Made by a program: the position numbers and the translations under genes. The notes under the pieces were generated by a model. The model was not told the origin of the DNA. It worked only from the letters and a program-made list of their open reading frames with translations, and ran no database searches. 64,000 nucleotides of DNA from a virus: positions 82,269-146,268 of IMG/VR virus record IMGVR_UViG_3300036831_000148, one strand, 5' to 3'. Positions 47,252-58,799 of the stretch are shown here, in pieces (positions within the stretch are counted from its first letter, which is position 1; every line of letters begins with the position of its first letter).

Positions 47252-48398
47252 TGCATTCTCTCTTCTTAGCGAGCTCGCCGCGCATGATCTCCGCCAGGCG
47301 GACGACTTCAGGGATGACAGGCGGCTCCCGCCAGCTCCCGCACGCGCTGTAGCGGTAGGCGCTGGTCGCCCAGACGTAGCAGTAGGCCTCGTACACGTCC
47401 TGGCCGACGTTCCCGTAGTGGTACCAGCGCTCAACCTGCTCCAGGGTCATGTTCAAGAGCGTGCGGGCACAGCAGTCCCGGCAACTGCTCATGAAGTGCC
47501 GGCGGCCGCCGTTCAGCACGTGGCCGGGCGCGAACTCCTCGGCCTGGTAGCAGGCGGTGCACACCCACTCCTCCGGCTGGTCGCGGCCCGGTCCGGAGTA
47601 CCAGTAGAAGGCCCTGCGCCCGCAGTCACGGGCGCACGGGCCGTCGTAGAAGGCGCTCACCTGGGGTCGATGTAGTCGGAGATGCTGATCTCTACCCAGA
47701 CCAGCGGAAACTGCCTGACCTCCACCTCAAAGGGGGCTAGCGGCGCAACGGCTCCCCGGGCAATCCTCTGGTCCGTGTTGCACTGGGGCCGTCCCAGGAA
47801 ACCGTGACGGCGCCGGCCGGAGGATCGCATCGGGTTGTAGAAGACCAGGCCGGACCCGGGCCGGACCAGCCACCAGTAGTCCGCGTAGCGCTGAAAGTAG
47901 GTGCCCTTGGGCGGCGCCGCCGCCTCTTCTGCGGGCAGGAACAGGTAGTCTTCCGGCTTCAGCTCAGCGAGCACGTCACAGCCCTTTCATCAGCAGGTCG
48001 TAGCGGCAGAACACCCGGCGGCCCTGCATGATGGTCGGCCAGAACCGCGCGGTGACCTCGTCTTGCCGCTCGTCGGTGTACGTGCCGAGCCCGAGCACCC
48101 CGACGGTGACCTGGTCGCCGTCCGCCGAGACGACGAACAGTTCGCTGTACGGCCCGCCGGGGTAACTGCGGTGCGCGCACCGCGTGTTCGGCTGGACCGT
48201 GACCGCGGCCTCGCGCTTGCGCTCCTTGTCCTGGCACGTCTTGCAGAGGATGTACACCCCGGACGTGTTGTTGGCGTACTCCAGCTCCTCAGCGGTCCAG
48301 CCCTTGTCCAGGTCCAGGTACATAGTGCCGGTGCACCCGTCGCAACTGTGGATCATCAGGGCGGGAAGCTCACTCAGCGGGGGCAGCGGGTCACTCAC
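47241..48398 (-). CDS. three coupled hypothetical proteins (47241-47660, 47657-47974, 47976-48398)
   Basis: Overlapping or adjacent start and stop codons, GC3-rich frames. Confidence 0.65.
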
Positions 48399-48726
48399 CG
48401 GCGTGCATCCTGTTCAGCCGGTCGATCTCGGCAGCGGCCAGCGCGGCGGCCCGGCGCAGCCCGTCTTCGTCACTGCCGAGATCGGCAGTACCCTGACGGT
48501 GGCCGAGGATCACCCGGTCAAGGCGCCGGCGGGCCATGACGGCCAGCGTGCCAGTAACCATGCCGTCATCCAGCGCCGGGGTCCAGCCGATCTGCTCTAC
48601 CTGACGGCGGCGCTCGCGGATGACCTCGGCCACCCCGGCCAGCGCGCCCGCCAGGTCCAGGAACACGAGGTTGTCCCAGACTTCTTTAAGCTCCCGGACC
48701 TCGTCCGGGCTGGGTACCTCACCCAT
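48391..48726 (-). CDS. phage-type hypothetical protein
   Basis: ERRRQV..GWTP..DD...AAALAAAEIDRL, a motif recalled from phage proteins. Confidence 0.7.
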   Translation of the reverse strand: MGEVPSPDEVRELKEVWDNLVFLDLAGALAGVAEVIRERRRQVEQIGWTPALDDGMVTGTLAVMARRRLDRVILGHRQGTADLGSDEDGLRRAAALAAAEIDRLNRMHAGE

Positions 48727-48727
48727 C

Positions 48728-49726
48728 TCAGCTCCCCTTCAGGGCCTTGCGCAGGCCGGCAAGCTGCCCGGCCAGGTCGTCAATGTCGGCGATCACCGTC
48801 TCGCGGCAGGCCCCGCCGGCGACATGGCGCCAGATCATCCCCGCCTGGCAGTGCAGGGCCGCGAACACGGCAGCGGCCTCCACGCTCTCGTCGGGCGTCA
48901 GGCGCTCGCCGCTCACCGGGCGCACACCGGGTTCCCGTCGTGGATGCCGATCACCCGCTGCCCGGCCGGGCAGAACACCGACGGGACGGGCGCGGGGGTG
49001 AAGATAGAGGGAACCGAAGACGGGCCGGGGCGGGTGGCAACGGCGTGCACGCCGATCGCCGCGAACACGACCAGGGCGCCCAGCAGCACGCCGACGAGCA
49101 GCCCGAGCAGCACCTCGCGCACGGTTTCGCTCACCGCAGGTCACCCCGCTCAAGCTCCTCCGGGGTGACAGTGGACGCGTCCAGCACCCGCTCCGCCTCC
49201 GCGTCGTCCACCGGGTAGTCGCTGACGACCCACGTGTAGTTGTCCGAGCCGTCGTCCGCCTCGCGCAGGTGCACGCGCCCGCCGGAGACCTCAGTCACGA
49301 ACGCGGCGATCCGCGCCATGTCCGGCTGCTCCTGCCAGTCCCAGGAGAACGCCTTCGCACGCGGCGGGCTGAAAAAATCCGGGCTCATGGTCACGACCCG
49401 GTCAGCGCCGGGGAACCGCACGTACAGGGCGTACTCTCCGACCTTGACCAGGGTGACCGCCACGGTCGGCCGGTCCAGGAACCGCCGGACCAGCGTCTTG
49501 CCCACGTACGCGCGGGCCTCCTCCAGCAGCATCAGAACGGGCCGGTCTCTTCAGAGCCGTGGCGCGGGATGCGCGGCTCGGCAGCCGAGCCGCTGATGAC
49601 GCCGGTCGCCGTCATCCGCTCGCCCGGCCGCAGCACCTCGTTCTTCAGGAGCCAGCTGGTCGCCTCTTCCGGGGTGTTCACGCCGTCCTTGACCAGGCGC
49701 TTCATGAATTCCAGCCGGTTGTTCAC
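48728..49726 (-). CDS. four small coupled ORFs (48728-48916, 48913-49134 membrane, 49131-49532, 49532-49726)
   Basis: Operon behind palindrome 49776. Confidence 0.6.
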
Positions 49727-49815
49727 TAACTGCCCCTCTCGGTTGCCTGCTTATGCTACCTAGCCTACTAGTCCTCTTGACCAGAGTCAAGGGATAGGGC
49801 ACCAGGAAGCGCCCG

Positions 49816-52589
49816 TTACCGGGACCAGTCAAGGCCGGCCGAGTTCTTGCAGGCCGTGATGCCCGCCCGCGGCCAGTGCAGGTGGTGAAGGCGGCCACCC
49901 CGGAACTGGTACATCCAGCAGACGTAGCCGCCGCGCTGCCGGTAGCGAACTGCGGCCGCCGCGAAGCCGACAAGCCCCAGGCCGAGGGCAAGGCCGAGCA
50001 GCGCCACCCCGGTCAGCAGGGGAGCGCTCACGTGGTAGCCCTCACCAAGGATCACCAGCAGGGTGCCGCTGGTGAGGGAGCCGGCGGACAGCACGGACAC
50101 TACGGCGACCCGGCGGGCACCGGGGTCATCAGGCCTCTCGGGAACGGTCACCGCTCGAACACCCACCATCCGTCGTAGTCGGCAGGCACCGCCGGGTAGG
50201 CCGCCAGCATCGGCACCAGGATGCTCATATAATGCCCGCGCTCGTCCTCGTCGGACAGGCACCAGAGGTTGGCACCGTCCCAGCGGGCCCGGCACTTCCC
50301 GCCGTAGGAGCCGTTGATATACGCCGCGAGGAACTCCCCGGCGGAGCGCCGGAGCGGGGACTGGTAGTCGGTCAGCAGGCCGGCGCACGCCATGGTCCGG
50401 ATCGGCCCGGTACGGTTCACGCGGTGACGGCGGAACCACACCGCGTCCACCTCGCCGCGCCCGTCTACCTCAGCAAGGCGGTACGTGCTCAGGTCCACCG
50501 CGTAATGCGCGCGGGAGGTCATGAAATTCTCCGCCTTAATCACAGCGCAGGCACCCCCTCAAGTACGGCCGCGCGGGCGATCCCGCGCGCCTCCAGTTCA
50601 CCCAGCAGTTCCGTCAGCTCGCCGATGGACACCTCGCCGCTAGCCAGTTGGCAGGCGAAGGCGCGCCGCTGCGCCTCGGCGGCGTACTCCAGTTCCGGAG
50701 ACCACTGCATGGCGTCGCCGTAGGCCGGCGAGTCCCAGAGGGACTCCCACGCGTCAGCCTCGTAATCCGGCCACGTCACCGGGTTAGACGGCTGAACCGC
50801 CACCTCGGCCCCGTACCAGCGCAGCAGGCTCGCCCGGCCGTAGGCGCCCGACGACGACAGGAACGCCCGCTCGCGCGGCCAGCGGAACTGGCGGCGGCGC
50901 AGTTCGCGGCGCTCCGCCCTGCTCAGCGTCTTCAGGAAATCCGGGGAGCTCCAGCACGCGGGCCACCAGCCGGGGGAGAACGACCCCTCCGGGTAGATGA
51001 CCGACAACTGGTAGACCCGCTGCACCCGGCTCATTCCGACCCCTCCGACCCGAACCGCTGCAGCAGGGCGGCAAGCTCGCGCATCTGCTGAACGGACATG
51101 TCGTTCCTGGCGCGGGACGGGTTGAAGCCCCACGGGCGCAGCACCGCAGTCAGGCTCTCCCGCTCCTGCCGCTCGGCGAAGCCCTCTACCGACTCGATGC
51201 GGAAGTCCTGGGTGCCGGTGACGTGCAGGCCGGTCTCCCGGAGGAACCTCATGCCGGCCACGGTCAGCCACTTGTGCCCGGCCGCCTGCACCTGCTCGCG
51301 GCGCGGGGAGCCGGGGATCCCGATGTAGTAGACGGTGTCCCCGCGCTCCACGGCGGAGAGGTCGTTAGCGCGCACCCGGCGCTCCCTTCAGCCGGGCCGC
51401 GCGGGCGAGCCACCCGGCCTCGAACGACGCGGCCTCGCCGGCGCACTCGTGGGCCCGGTCGGCCCGGTACCAGGAGGCGTAGTCAGCGGCCAGGGCGGAC
51501 GGCTCGTCTTCCCGCGCCAGCCCGGTCACTGCGGCGATCCACTCGGCGGCGACCTCCTCCGCGCTCGCCTGCAGCGCGTCCATGTCGTCGTCCTTCCACT
51601 CCTGGCCCGCGTAGCCGGGCAGGTCGCAGCGCATCAGCCAGTTCGGGTCCTCGCGGCGCGTCTTCCAGTTGATGCTGAACAGGCGGATCCCGCCGGCCGT
51701 GCCCGTGTGGGTGCTGTACTGGCCCTGGGCCCACGTCAGCAGGCCGCTCATGACGCGCCTCCGGCCTGCAGCGCGGCGCGCACCGCGTCCCCCGGGCTCA
51801 TGCCGAGGGCCTTGCGGGCCTCGTCCATCTGCGCGAGCAGTTCCCCCACGCGCGCCTCGGCCAGGACCATGTCATCCCGGGCCACCTCCAGCGCCAGCCC
51901 CGTGGTCACGTACTCCGACAGCCCCGCCCGCTCCTCGAACTCGGCCAGGGCCGCGCGGCCGTAGTCCAGCAAGGTGTAGCGGGTGACGGTGAACTGCGTG
52001 CGGCCGGCGATGAAGCCGTGCGCCCGCAGCGCCCGCGCGGCCCGGCCGAGCGCCGAGAGGTTCTCGGGACTCGGGTCCGGTACCAGGCCCTCAGCGGCCA
52101 GTTCGGCGAGGGAGAACCACCGCCGGTACCCGTCGGGGGCCAGCGTGGTCGGCTGGCGGCGGCGGAGCGCCGCCAGCCGCAGCATGGACAGGACCGTGAC
52201 CCTGTCCGCGTTCAGGTACCGGGTCATGACTCCCCCGGCTCCGGGGCCGTGGCCGCTGCGGCCATGGCCTCAAGGCGGCGGGTGCTCAGGTTGCACCGGT
52301 GGGTAACGTCCACCCCGGCCGCGCGCAGGGCCGCCTCGGCCGAACCTCGCCGGCGCGCCTCCTCAGCCTCCTCCAGGGTCCGGAAGTACTGGTGGCCGTA
52401 GCTGTCGTTGGTCCGGCCCTCCTGGCGGCGGAACACGGTCACGCCGTGGGGGTAGTCAATCGTGACCAGCTTCGGTCCGGCCTTGACGACCGTGCCCTCC
52501 CAGCCGCCCGCCGGCTGGCCGACCCGGTCGCCGTTCACGTCGAAGACGCGGACCTGGTCGCCTGGCTTCACGTCCCGGTAGTTCTTCAC
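49816..52589 (-). CDS. operon of seven small ORFs (49816-50151, 50148-50543, 50540-51034, 51031-51375, 51365-51751, 51748-52227, 52224-52589)
   Basis: Overlapping start/stop coupling throughout; leader 52594, palindrome 52637. Confidence 0.7.
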
Positions 52590-52647
52590 AGGGTGCCTGC
52601 CCTTCGTCGGTTACTTACCAGCAGGCTATCAGTAGTCTTGACTGGAG

Positions 52648-54641
52648 TCAAGAGACATGGGCATCCCGGATAGCCGCCTTCTCGGCCGCCGTCAGCGGCC
52701 AGGACGCGCGGCCCGGCCTGCCGCCGTCCGCGTGCGACCAGCCCTGGCACGGCCCCTCATGGTCGGTGTCGTGGCCGGGCGCGGCATCGCACTGCCACAT
52801 GTGCAGCGGGTCGGGCCGGTAGAACTCGCCGCACCGGCGCGGGACACCCGGCCAGCCCTGCGCCAGCCAGGAAGCCAGCCACGAGTGCAGCCAGGCGGCC
52901 ATCGGCCGCTCCAGCAGGATGGACCGCGGGTGGCCGGTGGTCCGGTGGCCGACTGACAGCAGCACGACGTCCTCCCGGGCCGGGCGCGAGCGTGGCCGGG
53001 CCTGCAGGTAGCTGGTGCCGAACACAATCTCGGCGCCGGCGGGGCCGGCCTCCAGTTGCGGGTAGCCGTGGCCCCACGGGTTGGAAGTCATCGGCACGGT
53101 GCCCGAGCTCTCGGCGTCGCGGACCTGGCGGCGCAGCTCGCCGTTCTCGATGAGCAGCTTCATGTAGCGGTCGGTCAGTGCGGCCACCTCGGCGTTCAGG
53201 GAGGCATAGCACCGAGGGCACGCGCCGTCCCCTTCCCAGTCGGGGTGCTCCGGGTTGAGGCAGCGGTCGTCAGCAGTGGGGGCAGTCATTGGCGTCTCCT
53301 GTCGCGAGGAAGCGGGCGGTAGACCGCTCGCGCTGCCAGGCGGGGTAGCCCTCCAGGTCCAGCCCCGCCTCGAACCGCTCGGCGTACGCCTTCGCCGACT
53401 CGGCCAGCGCGGTCAGTTCCGGCGCGCCTCCCGGGCGGCCCGGCCCGCGGCCGAGCGGGAAAACGATCACGCTCTCCGCCGACTCGCGGGCGGTACGCGC
53501 CGTCAGGCCCCGCGCGCCGGTGGCGACCAGGAACCGGGCCAGCCGGACCTCCCGCTCACCAGTAAGGACCAGGTAGCCGTGCTCGGCGCCGTAGGCGAAC
53601 TGGACGCGCTCGACTTTAATCCAGTCCATCAGCCCTCCCCGCCGAGCAGCTCGCGCAGCCGGGCCTCGGTGCCGGCCTCGGTGCCCGTCCACGCGTGCTC
53701 GCGCAGCCGGGCGACCGCGTCGCCGGCGCGCGGGTCCAGCATGTCGGACAGGCCCGGGTCGGCAACCGCCTCCACCACCGCAGCCAGGTCGCGGACCGGG
53801 TCGTAGGCCAGGTCCGCGTCGGCGGCCCGGCGGGAGGCCCTGACGGGGTCGTCGTCAAGCAGGGTCACCCAGGCGGCGATGTCCAGCAGGTTGTACGCCA
53901 TGGAGCCGTCCCTGCGGACCGATCCGTCAAACTCGGGGGCGGCGCCCGCGTGCCCGGCCCGGCGCAGCGAGGCGCGGGCCCGTCCGAAGATCGTAATGGG
54001 GTTCGCTTCCGAGCGGCCCCCTGGCTGGCGGATACAGACCGCCACCTCCGGGAAGCGCGGCGCGTCAACCGCGCCGCACTGCTGCAGCAGCGCCAGCACC
54101 GCGCCGGGGGTAGCCGGGAAGGCCGACTGCGGCAGCCCGCAGGGGGACATCGCCGGGCGGGCGGTCAGGATCAGGGCGTGCATCGCGAAGATCACGGCCG
54201 GGGTCCGGGGGAGCTGGTCGGCGTACCGCGCGTAGACCGGCTCGGTCTCCTGCAGGAACATGTCGTAGTCGGTGGTGTGCTCCAGGATGTCGGCGACCTC
54301 CGCGCCGACCATCCTCGGCCACCGGTCGGCGACGTAATCCAGCACGGCGCGCTGCTGCTCGGCGGTCAGCCCGTGAGCGACCGCCAGGAGCGCGGCGTCC
54401 CGCTCCTCTTCCTGCGGGTCCCGGCTCATGCGACGGGAACCAGGACGGCGGGCAGCACGGCCAGGGCGCGGATGGACGCGTTCCGGAACTCCGGCTTCGC
54501 CGCCTCGATCGACTCGCGGTAACGGGCTACGACCTCCGCCGTCGGCTCGCCCGGCCGGATGAAGAAGGTGTCGGTCCACGTGCCCTCGTAGTGTGACAGC
54601 CCGCAGTCCCTCGCCAGGGTGAGGAAGATCGTGAAGTCCAT
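52648..54641 (-). CDS. operon of four ORFs (52648-53289, 53270-53629, 53629-54429, 54426-54641)
   Basis: Leader 54644, palindrome 54686; coupled frames. Confidence 0.7.
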
Positions 54642-54758
54642 GCTGCCTGCCTCTCAGTCGGTTACAGGACCAGCGTAGTACACGACTTGACTCCGGTCAA
54701 GAAAAGAGCCAGCCTCCGGCGGGGGTGGTGCCGGAAGCTGGCTCGCTCAGGGGGGGGG

Positions 54759-55007
54759 CTAGCTGCGGTAGGAGGCCAGGACGACAACGCCCTTCTCCAT
54801 CGGGAACAGCGCCCGCGCCTTCCCGGCCTCCTCTTCCGAGGCCTCGCCGATGGCGCAGACCTTGACCGCCGGGTTGTACCAGACATCGCCCTCGTAGCCC
54901 GCCTTAGCGGCCACCTCGCGGGCATCCGGCTCCGTGTCCGCGATGATGACCAGCGCCTCGATCTCGTCGTAGTCCGCGCCCTTGCGCTCCAGGGACCAGA
55001 TGTACAT
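54759..55007 (-). CDS. acidic small protein (cassette gene)
   Basis: Leader variant 55010, palindrome 55054, hairpin downstream. Confidence 0.75.
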   Translation of the reverse strand: MYIWSLERKGADYDEIEALVIIADTEPDAREVAAKAGYEGDVWYNPAVKVCAIGEASEEEAGKARALFPMEKGVVVLASYRS

Positions 55008-55226
55008 GGTGCCCGCCTTCCGGTTAGTTGCCTGGTACCAGTCTAAGGGCTGACTTGACTGGAGTCAAGACTCTGCGCGGGCCTGTTCCGCGCCGCCTCA
55101 AGCTCCCACTCGGGCGCATGCAGCCTCCAGACGTGGTGGCAGTTGGCGAAGAACCGGCAGCGCTCGTCAAGGTCGCACAGCGACGGCTCGCACGAGGTAC
55201 CCGTGAAGGCGGCCGCCGGGCGCGGG

Positions 55227-56330
55227 TCAGAAGGGGGGGATGTCATCCGGGTCGTCCCTGCTGGCCGCCGGCTGCGGGACTACCTCGGAGGCCACCGAGT
55301 TGCCCGGCCGGGCCGCGTGCGGCACGCGCCGGTTGCACCGGCAGTCCTTGTCGCGGCAGTCGGGGCAGTCGCCGTCCAGGCACTCGGGGCAGATGGCCGG
55401 CCAGAACGTGCGGCTCGGCTGGTAGGGCCGGGCCCTGGGGCGCGCGGCCGGCTCAGGGGCCGGAGGGGAAGCCGGCTCGGGCGGGGGCTCGAACCCGGGG
55501 ACGGGCCACGCAGGAGCCGGGGAGCCGACCGGGCGGGGGCGCGGCGCCGGGCGTCGGGCGGCGGGCCTGCGCTGAGCGGGCTTGCGGGCGGGGGTACTGC
55601 GCGGTTCGGCAGCGGGCTGGTGGCCGTCCCCGCCGAACCGCTGGCGGGTCAGCGGCCACAGCAGCGCGGTGCCGTGCCCGGTGCAGAGGTCCTCCAGGAT
55701 GTGCAGCGCCATGCCCAGCGCCACCAGCCACCACAGGTCGGCCCGGATGTAGAAGACCGCCAGCGCGGCGACGCCGCAGCCGGCAACCGCCCGGTCCAGC
55801 CCGCCGTGGTAGCGGTGGCCGCGCCGCCCCCGGCCTGCGGCACCGTGGCGCATGAAGCCGGTCGCCTTCATGCCGGCCACCACGCAGATCGCCAGGAAGG
55901 CGGCGAAGAAGCCGAGCGCCCAGCGGTTCGGCCACCACAGCGTGCAGGCGGCGGTGGCGAGGCTGGTCACGATCACGCCGAACACCGAGTGCATCCCCTG
56001 GCGGTGGCCGCCGAACATCACGGCCACGAGGTGGCTGATGCCGTGGCTGAGCGCGCCGGCCGAGTGGGCGAACGTCGCGTCCGGGTGGTCGGCGTCCGGC
56101 AGCAGGGACATGCCCGCCGCCACCAGTCCGAACAGGGCATCCTGGCCGAGCGCCTCCGCTACCTGCTGGTGCGGGACGCCGACGTGCGCGAACAGCCCGA
56201 TGCCGATCCCGGCCAGGAAGCCGGTTACCGCGTGCGTGGTGCCTTCCATGTCGCCCCTGTGCTCTCCGGCCGCGGACCTCTTCGAAACGGTGTAGGAGGT
56301 CCGGTAGCCCGGTACTGCGGTGGTTGCCAT
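55227..56330 (-). CDS. YdjM-like membrane-bound metal-dependent hydrolase
   Basis: TH, LLPDADHP, HRQGMHS, LHILEDLCT..G..LLWP; Pro-rich tail ending DDIPPF. Confidence 0.85.
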   Translation of the reverse strand: MATTAVPGYRTSYTVSKRSAAGEHRGDMEGTTHAVTGFLAGIGIGLFAHVGVPHQQVAEALGQDALFGLVAAGMSLLPDADHPDATFAHSAGALSHGISHLVAVMFGGHRQGMHSVFGVIVTSLATAACTLWWPNRWALGFFAAFLAICVVAGMKATGFMRHGAAGRGRRGHRYHGGLDRAVAGCGVAALAVFYIRADLWWLVALGMALHILEDLCTGHGTALLWPLTRQRFGGDGHQPAAEPRSTPARKPAQRRPAARRPAPRPRPVGSPAPAWPVPGFEPPPEPASPPAPEPAARPRARPYQPSRTFWPAICPECLDGDCPDCRDKDCRCNRRVPHAARPGNSVASEVVPQPAASRDDPDDIPPF

Positions 56331-56374
56331 TTCCCTAGTCTACCTCTCCCCTTGACTTGAGTAAAGTAAAATAG

Positions 56375-57935
56375 CTAGCGTTTCCGGCGGCGGGCTCGCG
56401 GTGCCCTGTCCCGCTCGCGGCTCCCGGCCGAGCGGGCCGGGAGAGCTGGCTGCGGCGCCGCGGGCGCCTTCCAGGGGCCTTGCCGCGCGTGCTCGGCGTA
56501 GGCCCGGTAGACAGCGCGCCCGCGCGGGGTCATCCGCCAGATCAGGTAGTCGATCACCCCTGCCCCCTCTCCCGGTCGCGCTCGCGGCGGTACAGCCGGA
56601 ACGACGTGACGGCGAGCCGGGCGAAGCCGGCCGCGCCGCACAGGCCGAGCGCGCCGGCCCGCCACTGCCCCTGCGCCAGGCCCCCGGCCGAGAGCACGGC
56701 GAGCGGCGCCGCCGTCACCGACAGCAGCACCGCCCAGGTCGCGTAGAAGGCCCGCATGCCAGTTACTACGCCTAGAACCGCTTGGAGATGCGGGTGCCGA
56801 ACGGGCCGGGGATAGACGCCCAGACCGACAGGCCGTGGCGGCGGCGCTTGCGGTAGTGGTGGCCGTGGAAGGCCGCGTAGAAAACGAGCGCGATGACGAG
56901 CGCGAGCAGAACCATGGCAGTTACCCCTTTGAGGCGGCGCGGTGCCTGCGGCCCGCGCGGAAGGTGAGGAACGCCGTCGCCACCTCGGCGGCGGCGGTAA
57001 CGCAGAAGGCGGCGAGCGGGGCGATGCCCCACAGCGCCGCCAGGAAGGCCGTCCCGGAGAACAGTGCGGCGGTGAGCAGCACGCGGTCCCGGAACGACCA
57101 GGACCGCTCCCACCGCTCGTGGGCGGTAGGGCCCGGGTCGGGCTGCCCGGCGCGGCGGGCGAGCGCGCGCCTGGCCCAGCCGTGCGGGCCCGCGTAGTGC
57201 CAGCCGAGCAGCAGCCCGGCGGCGATCATCTCGGCCGCGCCCCCGGCAACCAGTGCGCCGGTCACGGCAGGGCCGGCCGGTCAAAGTCGGCCCACACCGG
57301 GTCCGCCTCGCCGTCGCCGGCCGGCCGGTCAAGCTCCGGGTCGAACCCGCCGGGCCGGCCGGCCTCCAGGCCGTCAGCCGGCTGGAAGTCGGCGCACTCG
57401 GCGCACAGCAGCCGGCCGGCTGACTGGATCTCGGCAGGCCGGGCCTCGCACTCCTCGCACCGGCCGGCCGGCGGCACGGGGGCGAACTGGCGGGACACCT
57501 GGCCGGCCAGTTCGGCTGACCTGGCCCGGGTGCTGGCCGGCCGGCCGCGGCGGCGCCTGGACAGCAGCAGGCCGGCCGCCACGGCCAGGCAGCCGGCCAC
57601 CGCCAGGGCGGCGAGGATGATGATGAAGGCCTGGCGCAGCCCGGCCCGGTGGGCGCAGGCGAGCAGCACCAGCGCCACGGCGGCGGCTCCCCCGAGGGGG
57701 ACCGCCATGCAGTTCGCCTGCGAGCAGGCCCGGCACGACAGCCGGATGTACCACTTCGTCACGATGACCTCCTGGAACGGGAGCGGCGCCGCTCCCTGTC
57801 GCGCGCGGCGACCTCGCGCCCTGCCGCGGTGGCCAGGACCGGGTCGCTGCGGAGGACCAGGCGGCGCACGGCGAGCCGGTTGCGCGCGGCGCGCAGCGCG
57901 TCCGCGGGCACCCGCGGCCCCAGCCTGTCCGGCAC
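56375..57935 (-). CDS. cluster of small, mostly membrane proteins (56375-56557, 56554-56757, 56772-56915, 56921-57265, 57262-57762, 57759-57935)
   Basis: Hydrophobic segments, coupled starts, behind palindrome 57976. Confidence 0.6.
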
Positions 57936-57986
57936 GGCGGCCTCCTCTCTCTCTTGACCCCAGCCTAGCGGTTTACTTGACCAGAG

Positions 57987-58406
57987 TCAAGAGACAGCCT
58001 GGTCACGCTTGTAGTGGTTGCCCTTGTTGTAGGACGCCACCTTGCGCGCCAGGTCCGCCGTGGTCCCCGCCGCGTTGCACTCGGGCTGGTAGAAGTTGAT
58101 CAGCGCCAGCTCCACGATGCTGGCCTCCGCCTCGCCGCGGACCGGGATGACGTACTTGTACGCCCGGGTGAACCGCGCCTTCCAGCGGTAGTAGTGGTCG
58201 CGCCAGCGGGACCACAGGCTGCCGGTCTGCCCGACGTACCAGACCGGGCCGGCCGCGCCGTCGGCGGCCCGGTCGGCGAAGGCGTACACCCAGTGCCCGT
58301 CGAAGTCAGGGGCCAGCCGCGCGCCGTACGCCTGCAGCAGTCCGCCCGGCTGCGCGGCGGAGCTGGGGGCCGGAGGGGCTGGGCGGCGGGGACCACGGCG
58401 GAACAT
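57987..58406 (-). CDS. GIY-YIG nuclease-domain protein
   Basis: WVYAF...WYVGQT...RWRDH...E..LI...QPECN; AGGAGG RBS. Confidence 0.8.
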   Translation of the reverse strand: MFRRGPRRPAPPAPSSAAQPGGLLQAYGARLAPDFDGHWVYAFADRAADGAAGPVWYVGQTGSLWSRWRDHYYRWKARFTRAYKYVIPVRGEAEASIVELALINFYQPECNAAGTTADLARKVASYNKGNHYKRDQAVS

Positions 58407-58637
58407 GACGGTACCTCCTGAAGATCCTTCGGCCCAGGCCCGGGAGCAGCCCGCATTTTCTTCGGCATCATCACCATGTCACCGAACATCCTGCTGTCAG
58501 GGTGACGGTGCGTGCCCGTGACCTGCGCTGACGCGCGCTGCGCGCCGCTGACGAGGCGGGGTAATGAAAATCTTCCTGCGCGGGGGCGCGATGACCGGAG
58601 AGAATTTCCTGCATCACCCGGGTATCACCGGGAAGAT

Positions 58638-58799
58638 TTACCGTCCGAGGCGGTCCAGTGCGATGACCAGCACCGCGGCCGCAACGCAGAACAGCCCGCC
58701 GAGCACGTACGCGAGGGGGGTTCCGGCCCAGGAGGCGAGGGCGACCGCCGCAATCCCGGCGAGCAGCGCCCTCAAGCGGAGAAGACGGGCTGCGGACAC
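58638..58799 (-). CDS. small two-TM membrane protein
   Basis: Not in the ORF track. MSAARLLRLRALLAGIAAVALASWAG...VLVIALDRLGR. Confidence 0.55.
   Translation of the reverse strand: MSAARLLRLRALLAGIAAVALASWAGTPLAYVLGGLFCVAAAVLVIALDRLGR

Larger units (their letters stand above)
7385..57991. repeat. dispersed 16-bp palindromic promoter/operator family CTTGAC-N4-GTCAAG (about 35 copies including degenerate ones)
   Basis: Copies start at 7385, 9048, 15827, 22181, 22205, 23000, 24973, 27657, 28310, 28334, 28869, 29643, 31534, 32515, 32835, 34290, 34875, 35514, 36636, 37454, 37746, 38266, 39616, 41646, 41894, 42457, 42985, 44681, 45528, 49776, 52637, 54686, 55054, 56351, 57976. All lie at gene boundaries upstream of a gene start; where checked, TTGACN is followed 17-18 bp later by a TANNNT -10. 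Confidence 0.93.

Noticed and set aside
27657-57991. Palindromic repeats as a CRISPR array
   Set aside because: Spacing is hundreds to thousands of bp with genes in between, and there are no cas genes
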